Shown here: positions 49,380-62,442 of the stretch, piece by piece
How the letters are laid out: every line of letters starts with the position of its first letter
Numbering within the stretch: the stretch's first letter is position 1
Assembly: GCF_006345805.1 (NCBI RefSeq)
Contig: NC_043016.1
Span: forward strand, 32,674,001-32,738,000
DNA length: 64,000 nt
Reading direction: 5' to 3'
Source: Octopus sinensis
Lineage: Eukaryota
Translations under genes and position numbers: made by a program
The notes under the pieces: generated by a model
What the model saw: only the letters and a program-made list of their open reading frames with translations
Databases searched by the model: none
What the model was told of the DNA's origin: nothing

Positions 49380-52313
49380 GGTTAGCCTCTACAGTTATTC
49401 AACCTGCTAGAAACAACAGTCAACTCTCTTCAAATAACATTCCACCATCTTGAAATAAGGAATGGAATGGACACATAGAATAACATAGCCTTATATATCC
49501 CTACAAAGATGGGATGGTCACATTTGGAATGCCTTTGATGTAATGCCTCCTACAAATGTGTACCCTAAGGTTCAAGAATTCAACAAAACTGACACTCCAT
49601 CTGCTACAAGTGTTTCAGTTAATCTGATCAACAGATATGATTATACCTGTAAAGGGAACTGGTTGCTTCTTTACACTTTTGGGGTGCAACTTGGGTGCAA
49701 CACAATTTCCTTTCTTTTTGTTTATAGAAACTACCAGTCAGGAACGAAACGCAAGTTTAAAAATATATATAATTCTTTATTTTCTTTGGTTCAACAATGA
49801 AACACGATGATATGCTGATATCCACCTAGTTCAACGCAACAAGGCTGAATTCAAACGTTTGTAAGCTTTACAACAATTCAGCAGCAGTAGAACAGGTTAA
49901 ATCCTAAGCGTCTGGGACAGGAGAATAGGCTGATCACAGGTTTCAAAATATACGTCCTTTCTCTTCTATCGCCGTGTCTCAAGTCCCCGATGCTATTAAG
50001 GAACGCTATGGAATTTATTCTTCAGTCTCTAGCGCATGTGCATGAGGGAACTTCCTTATGCCTTTCTAGAAGGTTCCAGAAGGTTCCAACCCCGCACACG
50101 CACACTGAAGAAGGACGTTCCGCACAGGTACACTGAAGAATGACGTTGCGTGTGCGCACACTGGAACATGACGTCACTACAAAGGTGACATTCCACACAT
50201 GCACACTGAAGAATGACGTTGCGTGTGCACACACTGGAATATGACGTCACTACATACCCTTAAATAAGTTCTCAGGGAGACTCAGCATGACACAGAATGT
50301 GAAAAGGTTGGCCCTTTTCAATTACAGGTACAACTCATTTTTGCCAGCTAAGTGGTCTGGAGCAACCAAAAATAAAGTGTCTTGCTCAAGGGCACAATTA
50401 GCCACTGGGAATCAAACTCATGAGCTTATGGTCTTGTGTTGAATACCCTAATCTAGTGTATTCTCACCCTTTTTATCCTTGTGTAACCCTTAAAATAAAT
50501 TACATCTCTCAAGGAACCACTGCACAAAAAATTATATACAATATCTTTCTCATATTTTTCATCATAGTTCACATTGTAAATATATATGTGTGTGTGTATA
50601 AATATATGTGTGTGTGTATATATATATAATAAAATATTAGGGAGTAAATCCAAACTTACAGGGAAAAATCAGATTTAGGATTGAATCCAATTTTATAGTA
50701 AAATATTATATTATATTAAATTAGAGATAAAACCACTATTAGGCAAATCATACAATGAAAAACTTAAGCCAATACATAAGATTAATTAATTTATATTATT
50801 TAAATATATATCAAAATTATTAAAAAAGATAATTAATATAACACTACAATCGTTTCATGGCTGTTCAATTCTTAAAATTTTCGAGTTACAGTCATTCTTC
50901 AGGTGGTTTAAATATTTAACTTGGCGAGGTTTAATCAATGTATGATTTGCCTAATAGTGGTTTTATCTCTAATTTAATATAATATATATATATAATATAT
51001 TTCTTATTTAAGGGTATGTAGTGATGTCATGTTCCAGTGTGCGCACACGCAATGTCATTCTTCAGTGTGCGTGTGCAGAACGTCACCTTTGTAGTGACGT
51101 CATGTTCCAGTGTGCGCACACGCAACGTCATTCTTCAGTGTGCGTGTGCGCAACGTCCTTCTTCAGTGTGTGTGTGCGGGGTTGGAACCTTCTGGAAAGG
51201 CATAAGGAAGTTCCCTCATGCACATATAATAATATAATATATATATATATATAACATAAAAGCAACATCCGTTCGTGTCCATTGCCAGCCTCGCGTGGCC
51301 CCCGTGCCGGTGACACGTAAAAGCACCATCCGTTCGTGGCCGATTGCCAGCTCTGTCTGGCCCCCGTGTCGGTGGCACGTAAAAGCACCATCCGTTCGTG
51401 GCCGTTTGCCAGCTTTGTCTGGCCCACGTGTCGGTGGCACGTAAAAGCACCATCCGTTCGTGTCCATTGCCAGCCTCGCCTGGCCCCCATGCCGGTGACA
51501 CGTAAAAGCACCATCCGTTCGTGGCCGTTTGCCAGCTTGTCTGGCCCACGTGTCGGTGGCACGTAAAAGCACCATCCGTTCGTGTCCATTGCCAGCCTCG
51601 CCTGGCCCCCATGCCAGTGACACGTAAAAGCACCATCCGTTCGTGGCAGTTTGCCAGCTCTGTCTGGCCCCCGTGTCGGTGGCACATAAAAGCACCATCC
51701 ATTTGTGTCCTTTGCCAGCCTCGCCTGGCCCCCATGCCGGTGACACGTAAAAGCACCATCCGTTCGTGGCAGTTTGCCAGCTTTGTCTGGCCCACGTGTC
51801 GGTGGCACGTAAAAGCACCATCCGTTCGTGTCCATTGCCAGCCTCGCCTGGCCCCCATGCCAGTGACACGTAAAAGCACCATCCGTTCGTGTCCATTGCC
51901 AGCCTCGCCTGGACCCCGTGCCAGTGACACGTAAAAGCACCATCCGTTCGTGGCAGTTTGCCAGCTCTGTCTGGCCCCCGTGTCGGTGGCACATAAAAGC
52001 ACCATCCATTTGTATCCTTTGCCAGCCTCGCCTGGCCCCCATGCCGGTGACACGTAAAAGCACCATCCATTCGTGGCCGTTTGCCAGCTCTGTCTGGCCC
52101 CCGTGTCGGTGGCACGTAAAAGCACCATCCGTTCGTGTCCGTTGCCAGCCTCGCCTGGCCCCCATGCCGGTGACACATAAAAGCACCATCCGTAGAAACA
52201 CTGCCAGATTCTGACTGGGCCTGACGAAGCCTTCCAGCTTCACAGACCCCAGTTGAACCGTCCAACCCATGCTAGCATGGAAAGCGGACGCTAAATGATG
52301 ATGATGATGATGA

Positions 52314-52346
<33 letters not shown>

Positions 52347-53740
52347 ATAGATAGATAGATAGATATACATACATACATACATATATATAATTATATATTA
52401 TGAAATTAGCATTAGCTTATCTCACACTTTCTTGCGCAACCTCTAGAAACCTTGCAGAACCCTAGGGTCCTGGGGCACCTGGTTGTAAAACGCTGCCACA
52501 AAATCGTTACCTATCCATATAACTGTTTCCATTAGAATGTCATTCAAACTTGAGCACATTTTACCCCAATTTATTCAGTTTTAGAACTTGTCTAAGTTCC
52601 CTGGACATTAGTGTGTGGAGTCCTAGGACTCCTCAGTCCAGTTAACTAGTTTCCATGGCATTTATGTGACCAAGAGCAAGGCTTTCCACATGAACAGGAC
52701 ATCAGTTCATTTTTAGAGTTTCTTATTTACAAATGAGTGATGTAGAGGAATGTAAAATGAAGTGTTTTGCTTAAGAACACAATGCTATTTCTTTACTACC
52801 CACAAGGGGCTAAACACAGAGGGGATTAAACAAACGGATTAAGTCGATTACATCGCCCCCAGTGTATAACTGGTACTTAATTTATCGACCCCGAAAGGAT
52901 GAAAGGCAAAGTCGACCTTGGTGGAATTTGAACTCAGAACGTAACATAAGACGAAATACGGCTACGCATTTCACCCAGCGTGCTAACGATTCTGCCAGCT
53001 CGCTGCCTAAAGAGCTCAATGCATCACCCGGTCTGGGAATTGAAAATTCAGACCTTATGACCATGGGTCCAACACCATACCCACTAAACCACGCTCCTCC
53101 ACTTTCATTATTGTGAAAGAGTTGTATTTACTCACCTTTGGCTTTCTTGGCAATGCATAAAATTTCATCATGTGGTGAGGCTCCAGCCAGGGAGTGCAAG
53201 ATGATTTTTTTTTTTTTTGGTAGTGGTGGAGAGTATCAAATTATGCCCTACTCTCTCCTCCTTACTCACCTGGCTCTGCATTGGGGTACTTGTACTTGTG
53301 GAAAGTTTCGGTTATGGACCAAATAGCAGACATGGTCCAATGGGTATGGCATGCAAGACTCAGAAGAACTGAAAGAAGCCCATTCTGTATATCCGAGACC
53401 CCCTTCTGTCACGACACAGACCATGGGATTGCACCTAGAAAGTTACCCTCCCAGGCACAAGTCCAGGTAAGGTTGTTTATGGAAGACCAGCAGTCACCCA
53501 CACATACCGGCCTCCCCTCTCCATGCCACCAGTGTTATCCAAGGGAAAGGCAAAGGGGCCGATACAGTTTGGCACCAGTGACATCGCAACTCATTTCTAC
53601 AGCTGAGTAAACTGGAGCAACGTGAAATAAAGTGTCTTGCTCAAGAACACAACATGCAGCCTGGTCCGGGATTTGAGTTCACAACCTCACGATCATAAGC
53701 TTGACACTCTAACCACTGAGCCTTCACCTATTCTATATAT

Positions 53741-53790
<50 letters not shown>

Positions 53791-56700
53791 AAATGTGACT
53801 GTGTGGTAAAAAGCTTCCCAACCACATGGTTCTGGATTCAGTTCTATTGTGTGGCACCTTCGGCAAGTGTCTTCTTCCACAGCCTCAGGCTGACCAAAGC
53901 CTTGTGAGTGCATTTAGTAGATGGAAACTGAAAGCCCATCATATACATGTATATATTTATAGGTGTGTGTCTTTGTGTCTGTGTTTGTCCCACCAACCAT
54001 TGCTTGACAACCAGTGCTGGTGTGTTTACGTCCCCGCAACTTAGCAGTTTGTCAAAAGTAACCGATAGAATAAGTACTAGGCTTACAAAGAATAAATGCT
54101 GGGGTCGATTTTTTTTTTACTAAAACCATTTACGGTAGTGCTCCAGCATGGCCACAAAATCAAATGTTTGAATCAAGTAAAAGAATATATATATACATGG
54201 GCGTGTGTGTGTTGCGTCTGTGTTTGTTCACCACCACAACCACCACCAGTATTGGTGTGTTTATGTCCTCTATAACTTAGCGGTTCGGCAAAAGACACCC
54301 ATAGAATAAGTAGCAGGCTTAGAAAAAAAGTACTGGGGTCGATTCACCCAACTATAAATTCTTCAAGGCGGTGCCCCAGCATGGCCGCAGTCTAATGATT
54401 GCAAAAACAAGTAAAAAGTAAAAGAGTAAATTATAGAAGACCTCTGTCTCTTTTTTTAATTTTTTTATTACGAAGGTTGGAGCTTTATGTAGTTGGACCT
54501 TAATTGTTGATTACAATTTAAAATAAATTCAATATACCGAAATTGATAAACCAAAATTTAAGGACTAATTGAAAGCATTAAAGGAAGATGAGTAAAAATG
54601 AAGGGGTATTGACCAAAAAAAAAATGAAAACTCAAAAAAAGACATTTAGAATTATCTCCCTTACTCAAAAAGATGGAAGCTTTTTTTTTTTATTACGTAT
54701 ATAGTTAATCAACCTGTTAAAAATAGCAGCTAAGTCTCTCTTAAAATTCATATATTAAAAAACAATTGTAGAATAGATACGTTGTGAATGTGTGTACCTT
54801 ATATAAAGTAGACTGGGAATTTAGGGTAAGGGGCAGCACATACACAAGCACATATATTAATCCTTATTATTGACAGTATCGTTAGCACACGGGGTAAAAT
54901 GTTTAGTGGCATTTCCTCATTCTTCCCATTTTGAGTTCAAATTCCACTGAGGTAGACTTTACCTATCATCCTTTCTGGGTTGATAAAATAAAAACTAGTT
55001 AAACACTGGGGTCGATTTAATTCACTTAATTCCTCCCTCGAAATTGTTGGCCTAGCACCAAAATTTGAAATCATTATCATCGTTATTATTTTGGTTAGTC
55101 TCAGGTTTGGTTTTATTACTGGCAAGAATTATGTGGGAAGTGGATTACTACCGGTAACTTTGGGTATCCACAAGATCTCAGTTGCCTTTCAAGTGTTTAG
55201 AATCCTGATAATCCTTGCTGTCCATAAGAGACAAACTTTCTGTAGGAGTTCTACCAGGCATTCTATTTCAATCTCCTTCAGCCATTTGTCTATGAGGTTG
55301 TATGGTGGATAAGGCTGAAATAAATGAATACAGATACATTCCTCTTTTGGTGGAACTCTCATTGACTGAGAGTGGAGAGGGAAGTGCTGTCCTCGAGTGA
55401 GTTTATTGAAAGGTGAGTGAAAGATGCGAAAATTGCGAGAGTGGATGGTACCTCTCTAAGTGTAGACCTGTGAGTCGGAGAGAAGGAATTGGAGAGGGCA
55501 CTTGCTCTTGGTATTTCAGGGAAACCTCGGACAGTAGGGTTCCTTGATTATCCCTCGAGGCCTTACTGTATCAGGAGGGCCACATCGCTACCATCTTCCC
55601 TGCTACTTCTTTTTATAAAGCTTTGTATGCTAAGCATATGTTCCTTCTTTTTCAGTGTATACTTAATTTCTTTCTTTCCCTTTTTTAATCATTTCATTAT
55701 ATGTAAACCCCAACACTTTATGTCTGTCTTTGTATTGTCCCCTCATCCTTCACCCTTGTGGCAAATAAATGAAATCATTATTATTATCATCATTACTATT
55801 AAGATGATGAGCTGGAAGAATTGTTAGCACACCAGGTGAAATGCTTAGTGATATTTCATCTGATATTTCTGGGTTCAAATTCCACCGAGGCAACTTGCCT
55901 TTCAACCTTTCAGGGTCGATAAAATAAGTATCTGTTGTGCACTGGGGTTGATGCAATCAATTTATTATTATTGAGTGAGAGAGCAGTGCATGCCATTAAA
56001 GTGACATTGGGATACAATTATACAAAGCCCAATATACCCATCATGATCACTCGTCTGATAAGGACACACCAGGCACATGCATCACAACCATATGTGCGCG
56101 ACATGGTGATCTCATATCACGCTAAACAGCACATGACCTTGCAGATGGGGCCCAGTTAGAATTTTCTTCTGGTCGAGTAACCCATCCCATTCAAAAGGTC
56201 CCTGAATAAGGGTTGTTTGAATGAACCACCCATGTTTCCAGACATGAATTATTCAAATCCCAAAGAATTCCTCTCAACACATGGCTATGGTGCTCTCCTA
56301 CTGCTTCCACTCATGATTAGAGATGCACATATCATCAGCCAGCAAGGAACATGCTCGACTAGTTAACTGTGGTATTGAGCAGAATATTTGCTGTAGCCAT
56401 CTTTTAAACTAAGAGAAAACAATGTACATGATAACACCTCCAATCAGTTAAGAACATTATTATTATTATTAAATATAATGGAAACTTAAAAAATGGTGAT
56501 CATGCTCTACTTGCAATGCATGAGTGTATCAAATAAGATGATGGTAAAGACGAAGTAAGAATTGGATCAAAAGTGACAGAGTAACAAAAGTAATAGAAAT
56601 TTTTAAAATAAGCACAGGAGTGACTGTGAGGTAAGAAGCTTGCTTCCTAATCATATAGTTCTGGGTTCTATCCTACTACATAGCAGCAACTTGGGCAAGT

Positions 56701-58672
56701 GTCTTCTACTATAGCTTCCGGCCAACTAAAGCTTTGTGAGTGGATTTTGTAGACAGAAACTGAAAGAAGTCCATTGTATATATATGTATATATATATATG
56801 TATATATATCTGTGTGTGTGTCAAAAAAAAAACCATCAACAAGTACTCACAACCAATTCAATATCATGGTTACTACATCATTAGTTCAAAAATTCTTTAA
56901 ACTCCTTGAAAAGGATTTTCTTTTAAATGGTGTATAAGCAAAAATCTCCAACAAATATAATATTCAATTATCACACTCAACTACTCTAAACTTTGACTAA
57001 AATTTAGCCTTTTAAAATTGGTAAGCAGAAAAAAAAATCAACAACAAACAACATGTCAACCTTTTGTAACTGTACTAATGCCAATCTCCTACCCTCTGGA
57101 CTAAAACTACATGGTTAAATGTGTTGTGTACCAATGTACAGAGATCATTATCCACAAATCTAAAGGTCTATGTTGTTATAGTTTCAAACCCTTTTAAATC
57201 TAGATTTAATTTCCACATGCATTCCTTTAGAAAACTAAATAAACAGCTATACTTTCTAGAGCAAAAGCCATATCCTTAGAGAAAAATAAATTGTGTAGTT
57301 TTTGTACCATGCAGAGTATTCATATACTGTCTGCAAAAAAAGTTTCTTTACTCACTAGCATTCCAAAAGAATTTCATCTCACATTCATGGACATTTCAGA
57401 TCGTACAAATATCTTCAGTTAGTTGGTTTCTCACACCATTCCTCAACATTCAAATGACGGAGTGTATTTTTTCTCCTCAGTTCCCTTCTGTAGTCTTTCT
57501 TAACTACTTAACTATTCAGCCTCTCCAATCTTTATGTGTGTGTGCATGCATGTGAGCATGTATATATATATATAGAACAATGAAAGCACTTACACACAAT
57601 ACATTAAAGTTTATTCTAAAAGGGTTATGCCATTGCTTTTAAAAAAAAAATGTTTTTTAATCTTTCTTTAAACACTGAGACAGTATCAAGTAATGTTCGC
57701 AAAAACTTTTAAATATATATCCATGTGTGCATGTGTATGCAGTGTGTGTATGTATGCATGCATGCATGGATGTGTGCAGTGTGTGTGCATGTGTTTGAAT
57801 GCACGTGCATGTAATATGTGCATGTGTGTTTGCATGTACATTTGTATGTACATAAATTACACTTCATATTCAAGGCTCTGATGAAGCTATAAGGTTTTAC
57901 TCAGGCACCCACCTATGTGCCCACTGCATCTTAGAGCAGAAACAGCTGTAAGCCAATGAAGTTCATAAAACAATCATTTATTCCTTACGCACACATTGCA
58001 TGTACGGCTTTCACATTAATCATAGTTATGTCCCTTCAATGTCATTTTTCACCTGTTCCAGCGTGAGTGTTACCTCCAATGATCTTAATTAACTTTGTTA
58101 TGATATTATCTCACACCAACTGTTACCCTAACCAGCCTGATCCATTTCATCTATCTTTACAATCTGTACAACAACAGTTTTACAGCACAATTATTGTAAT
58201 CCTGTCCTGTCATTGAGTTTCTTGGAATTTGTTTTATTTTCTTGTTTGTTTATGTATGTGTTGTTTGTTCGCACTTGTGTTGTGGTTTTCTTTTTTCTGC
58301 TTTCGTAGCTGTGTTTGTCATATAAACACAGTTCTACTAATACTCACGTTTCACCTATACCTTGATCTAGTTAGATACCCCAAGGAGCAGTAAAAGAAAC
58401 ATGGTGGTAGTTAGGTTGAGATGATCTGTGTTTCTTTCTATTACTTTAAATAAAACAAAGAATTTGGTAAAATAACTTAGTTATCATTCAGCTAGTGTTA
58501 GGAACATAAACTATGATTAAAGTTTGGTGGAAGATTTTAATTCAAAACTTATGAAAACAAGACATTTGTACTCAGAGCCAGAGCTGGTTTCAGCTGGGTT
58601 GGTAATGAAAGGTTTAAGGCATGGTAACTTTTAAGTGTTACAAATACAACACAATTGAATTGTTAATTTGTT
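49380..58672. repeat. Copy 2 of the 9.3-kb duplication, upstream of the first Jagged exon found (probably intronic)
   Basis: Matches 1-9295; the differences I found are a few SNPs in SINEs and variant units of the minisatellite. Confidence 0.98.
51256..52193 (+). repeat. Duplicate of the 61/62-bp minisatellite (15 units)
   Basis: Same unit count; units 4-6 and 9 differ from copy 1. Confidence 0.95.
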
Positions 58673-59340
58673 CTTTTTTACAATCTTGTAAATCTGGTCA
58701 ATTCCTACAATAAAATAGCTGTAAGTAAAAATTGCTGAAAATCTCATGTGAATAAAAAGAAATATCTTTGTTCCTTTATGACATCCATTTAAATATACAT
58801 AATACATTGAGTATGTATGCATTGAAATCCATATTTTTCAATCAATATTCAAATAGATTACATTATTGTTTCTTAGATAAATAGTATACTTATCTTTCCG
58901 AAGATATATGAACTAAAAAATTTCAAAATGAAAAATGTATTACTTAGCGTTTATAAATTTACTTGTGAAGAGATGGCTTAAACAAATAGAACAAACAGAT
59001 AGAACTATGCATTTTATCAATGAAAACTACAAATATATTTAAACTTAAACAAAAAGAGAATAAAATCACAAAAACTATAAGATATCAGAAATATTAAATT
59101 TCTAAATATCTCATAGAGATATGTACGGTGGTGGGTTGATAGAATGGTTGTATACTGTCAACTTAACGTGACAGTAGGGGATTACACCACCGCTGTTTAG
59201 CCCTAGGAAGCATCGACGCTTCCTGACAGCTTCGAAGCTGTTGGGGGTATTTGTCTCCCCTTCGTAAATATATAAGGACACAAATTGATGCAAATTGATG
59301 CAAATTGATGTAAATATATAAGGACACATTGATGCAAATG

Positions 59341-62300
59341 ACCTTATGGTCTGCAATACCAACTTCAGGAAACCCACCTCTCACCTAGTCACCTACCGTT
59401 CTGGCAGACACACCAGCCAGATTGACTACATCCTTGCCAGAAAAAGGGAAAGAGGGCTGATTATAAATGCCAAAACCTTCCCAGGCGAAGAATGTACTCC
59501 CCAACATAGATTAGTAGTTAGCGACTTCAGGATCAGAGCTAAATGGTTGCCCAGAAGAAGACCAGCTTGGAGGAGAAGGGTCTGGAAGCTTAAAGATCCT
59601 GCAAATGGACAGAGATTTAGAGACATACTACTCGAAGCCTCTGACGAAATAGAAGGGGATATAGCTTCACTTAATGTGGAAGACAACTGGAGATTCCTAC
59701 GGGACAATCTGCTGACAGCCACTGACCAGATCTGTGGATGGAGCAAAGTACCATCTCGACCCAGAGTAACATGGTGGTGGAACACTGTGGTTGACAGGGC
59801 TATTAGACAAAAGAGACAGGCTTGGAAGGACTGGAAGAACGGTGGTAGCAGGGAATTGTATCAGACAGCCAAAAGGGAAGCTAGGAGACAGGTTTATTTA
59901 GCCAGAGGGGAAGCAGATAAGAAAAAATTTGCCAATGTTCTGAGCCATGAGGATGAAAGACTTGAGGTATTTCGTGTTGCAAGACAGTGTGTGAGAGAGA
60001 ATCGTGATGTGGTAGGAGAGAAGTGTGTTCGCATGGATGATGGTTCACTTGCGCTAAATGAGGATGCAAAGAGAGAGGTTTGGAGATGCCACTATGAAAG
60101 GTTGCTGAATAAAGAAAATGAATGGGATAAAGAGAGTCTGCCAAATGTTGACCCAACAGAGGGACCAGCTATCCGAGTTGATAGTTCCATGGTAGCTAAG
60201 GCAATTAGAAGCATGAAGACAGGGAAAGCCCCAGACCCATCAGGAATTACTGCAGAGATGCTCAAAATATCTGGCACTGTCGGCTATAACCTAGTCACCC
60301 GTATAGTCAACCAGGTGATACACGAAGGAGTCATACCCAATGACTGGTGTAGCAGCATACTAGTCAACTGCTACAAAGGTAAAGGTGATGCCCTAGATAC
60401 AAATAATTACAGAGGTATCAAGCTGTTGGATCAGGTAATGAAGGTTACGGAGAGGGTCATAGCCCAACTAATTAGAGAGAGAGTTAGTTTAGATGAGATG
60501 CAGTTTGGGTTTGTCCCAGGGAAAAGCACCACTGATGCTATATTCCTGGTAAGGCAGCTGCAGGAGAAATACCTAGCCAAAGATAAGCCCCTGTACCTGG
60601 CTTTCGTTGACATGGAGAAAGCCTTTGATAGGGTGCCCCGATCCCTCATCTGGTGGTCAATGAGGAAACTAGGGATAGATGAATGGCTGGTGAGGGCTGT
60701 GCAAGCCATGTACAGAGATGCTGTAAGTAAGGTTAGAGTTGGCAACATGTACACAGAAGAATTCAAAGTAGAAGTTGGGGTCCACCAGGGTTCAGTACTC
60801 AGCCCCCTCCTATTTATCATAGTCCTCCAGGCAATTGTGGAGGAATTCAAGACAGGTTGCCCCTGGGAGCTCCTCTATGCTGACGACCTTGCTCTAATTG
60901 CTGAGTCACTATCAGAACTGGAGGAGAAGTTCCAGGTGTGGAAGGAGGGTTTAGAATCGAGGGGCCTTAGAGTCAACCTAGCTAAAACCAAAGTACTAAT
61001 AAGTAGAAAGGTAGACAATCCACAAATATCCTCAAGAAGATGGCCCTGCTCGATCTGTAGAAAAGGTGTAGGTAGAAACTCTATAAGATGTACCCAGTGT
61101 AAGCTATGGACACATAAGAGGTGCAGCAATGTCAAAGGTAGGCTAACTGGGAAGATAGTTTTTGTATGTGGCAGATGCTCTGGAGCATTGACCTCCGAAA
61201 ATCTGCAGAAAACAACTTCCGTCACTTTCCGGGGGGAAAAACTAGAAGTAGTTGATAGCTTCCGCTATCTAGGTGACCAAGTCAGTAGTGGGGGTGGGTG
61301 CGCTGAAAGTGTAACTGCTAGAATAAGAATAGCTTGGGCAAAGTTTAGGGAGCTCTTACCTCTGCTGATGACTAAAGGCTTCTCGCTCAGAGTAAAAGGC
61401 AGACTGTATGATGCATGTGTACGAACAGCTATGCTACATGGCAGTGAAACATGGGCCGTGACTGCTGAGGACATGCGTAAGCTCGTGAGGAACGAAGTCA
61501 GTATGCTCCGATGGATGTGTAATGTCAGTGTACTTACTCGACAGAGCGTTAGTACCTTGATAGAAATGTTGTACCTAAGAAGCATCAGTTGTGGTGTGCA
61601 AGAGAGACGATTGCGCTGGTATGGTCATGTGGCGAGAATGGATGAAGATAGGTGTGTGAGAAAGTGCCAATCCCTAGCAGTTGAGGGAACCCGTGGAAGA
61701 AAACCTGGGACGAGGTGGTGAAGCACGACCTTCGGACATTAGGTCTCACCATGGAAATGACTAGAGACCGAGACCTATGGAAGTATGCTGTGCGTGAGAA
61801 GACCCGGCAAGACGAGTGAAGCCATAACCCATGGCCCCTACCTGGGACGTAGTCGGTCCACCTGTGCATACCTTCCTTCTTGTGACACTTGTGAAGACCT
61901 GTTGAGGCAAGTGAGAATCGAATCAAATCAAATCAAATCGAACCAAATCAAAATAGATGAACATCAATGGAATTTGTATCCCTGTGGTACCAGTGCCGGT
62001 GGCACATAAGAAAACCATCCGAACGTGACCGTAGCCAGTACCGCAACGACTGGCCTCCGTGCTGAGGGTACGTAACAAACACCATCCAAGCGTGGCCGTC
62101 CGCCAGCCTCGTCTGGCACCTGTGTCGGTGACACATAAGAAAACACCATCCGAGCGTGGCCGTCAGCCAGCCTCGTCTGGCACCTGTGTCGGTGGCACAT
62201 AAAAAACACCATCCGAGCGTGGCCGTCTGACAGCCTCGGCTGGCACCTGTGTCGGTGGCACATAAAATCACCCACTACACTCTCGGAGTGGTTGGCATTA

Positions 62301-62442
62301 GGAAGGGCATCCAGCTGTAGAAACACTGCCAGATTTGACTGGCCTGGTGCAGCCTTCGGGCTTGCCAGACCCCAGTTGAACCGTCCAACCCATGCTAGCA
62401 TGGAAAGCGGACGTTAAACGATGATGATGATGATGATGATGA
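59341..62442 (+). mobile_element. RTE-clade LINE, 5'-truncated (APE C-terminus, RT, PHD-like Zn finger), ~0.6-kb 3' UTR, (GAT)n tail
   Basis: 791-aa ORF with SQIDYIL, KAFD, GVHQGSVLSP, YADD and CSIC...C..C..WTHKRC..C; the C-terminus TWDEVVKHDLR continues in a shifted frame after 61700. Confidence 0.95.
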
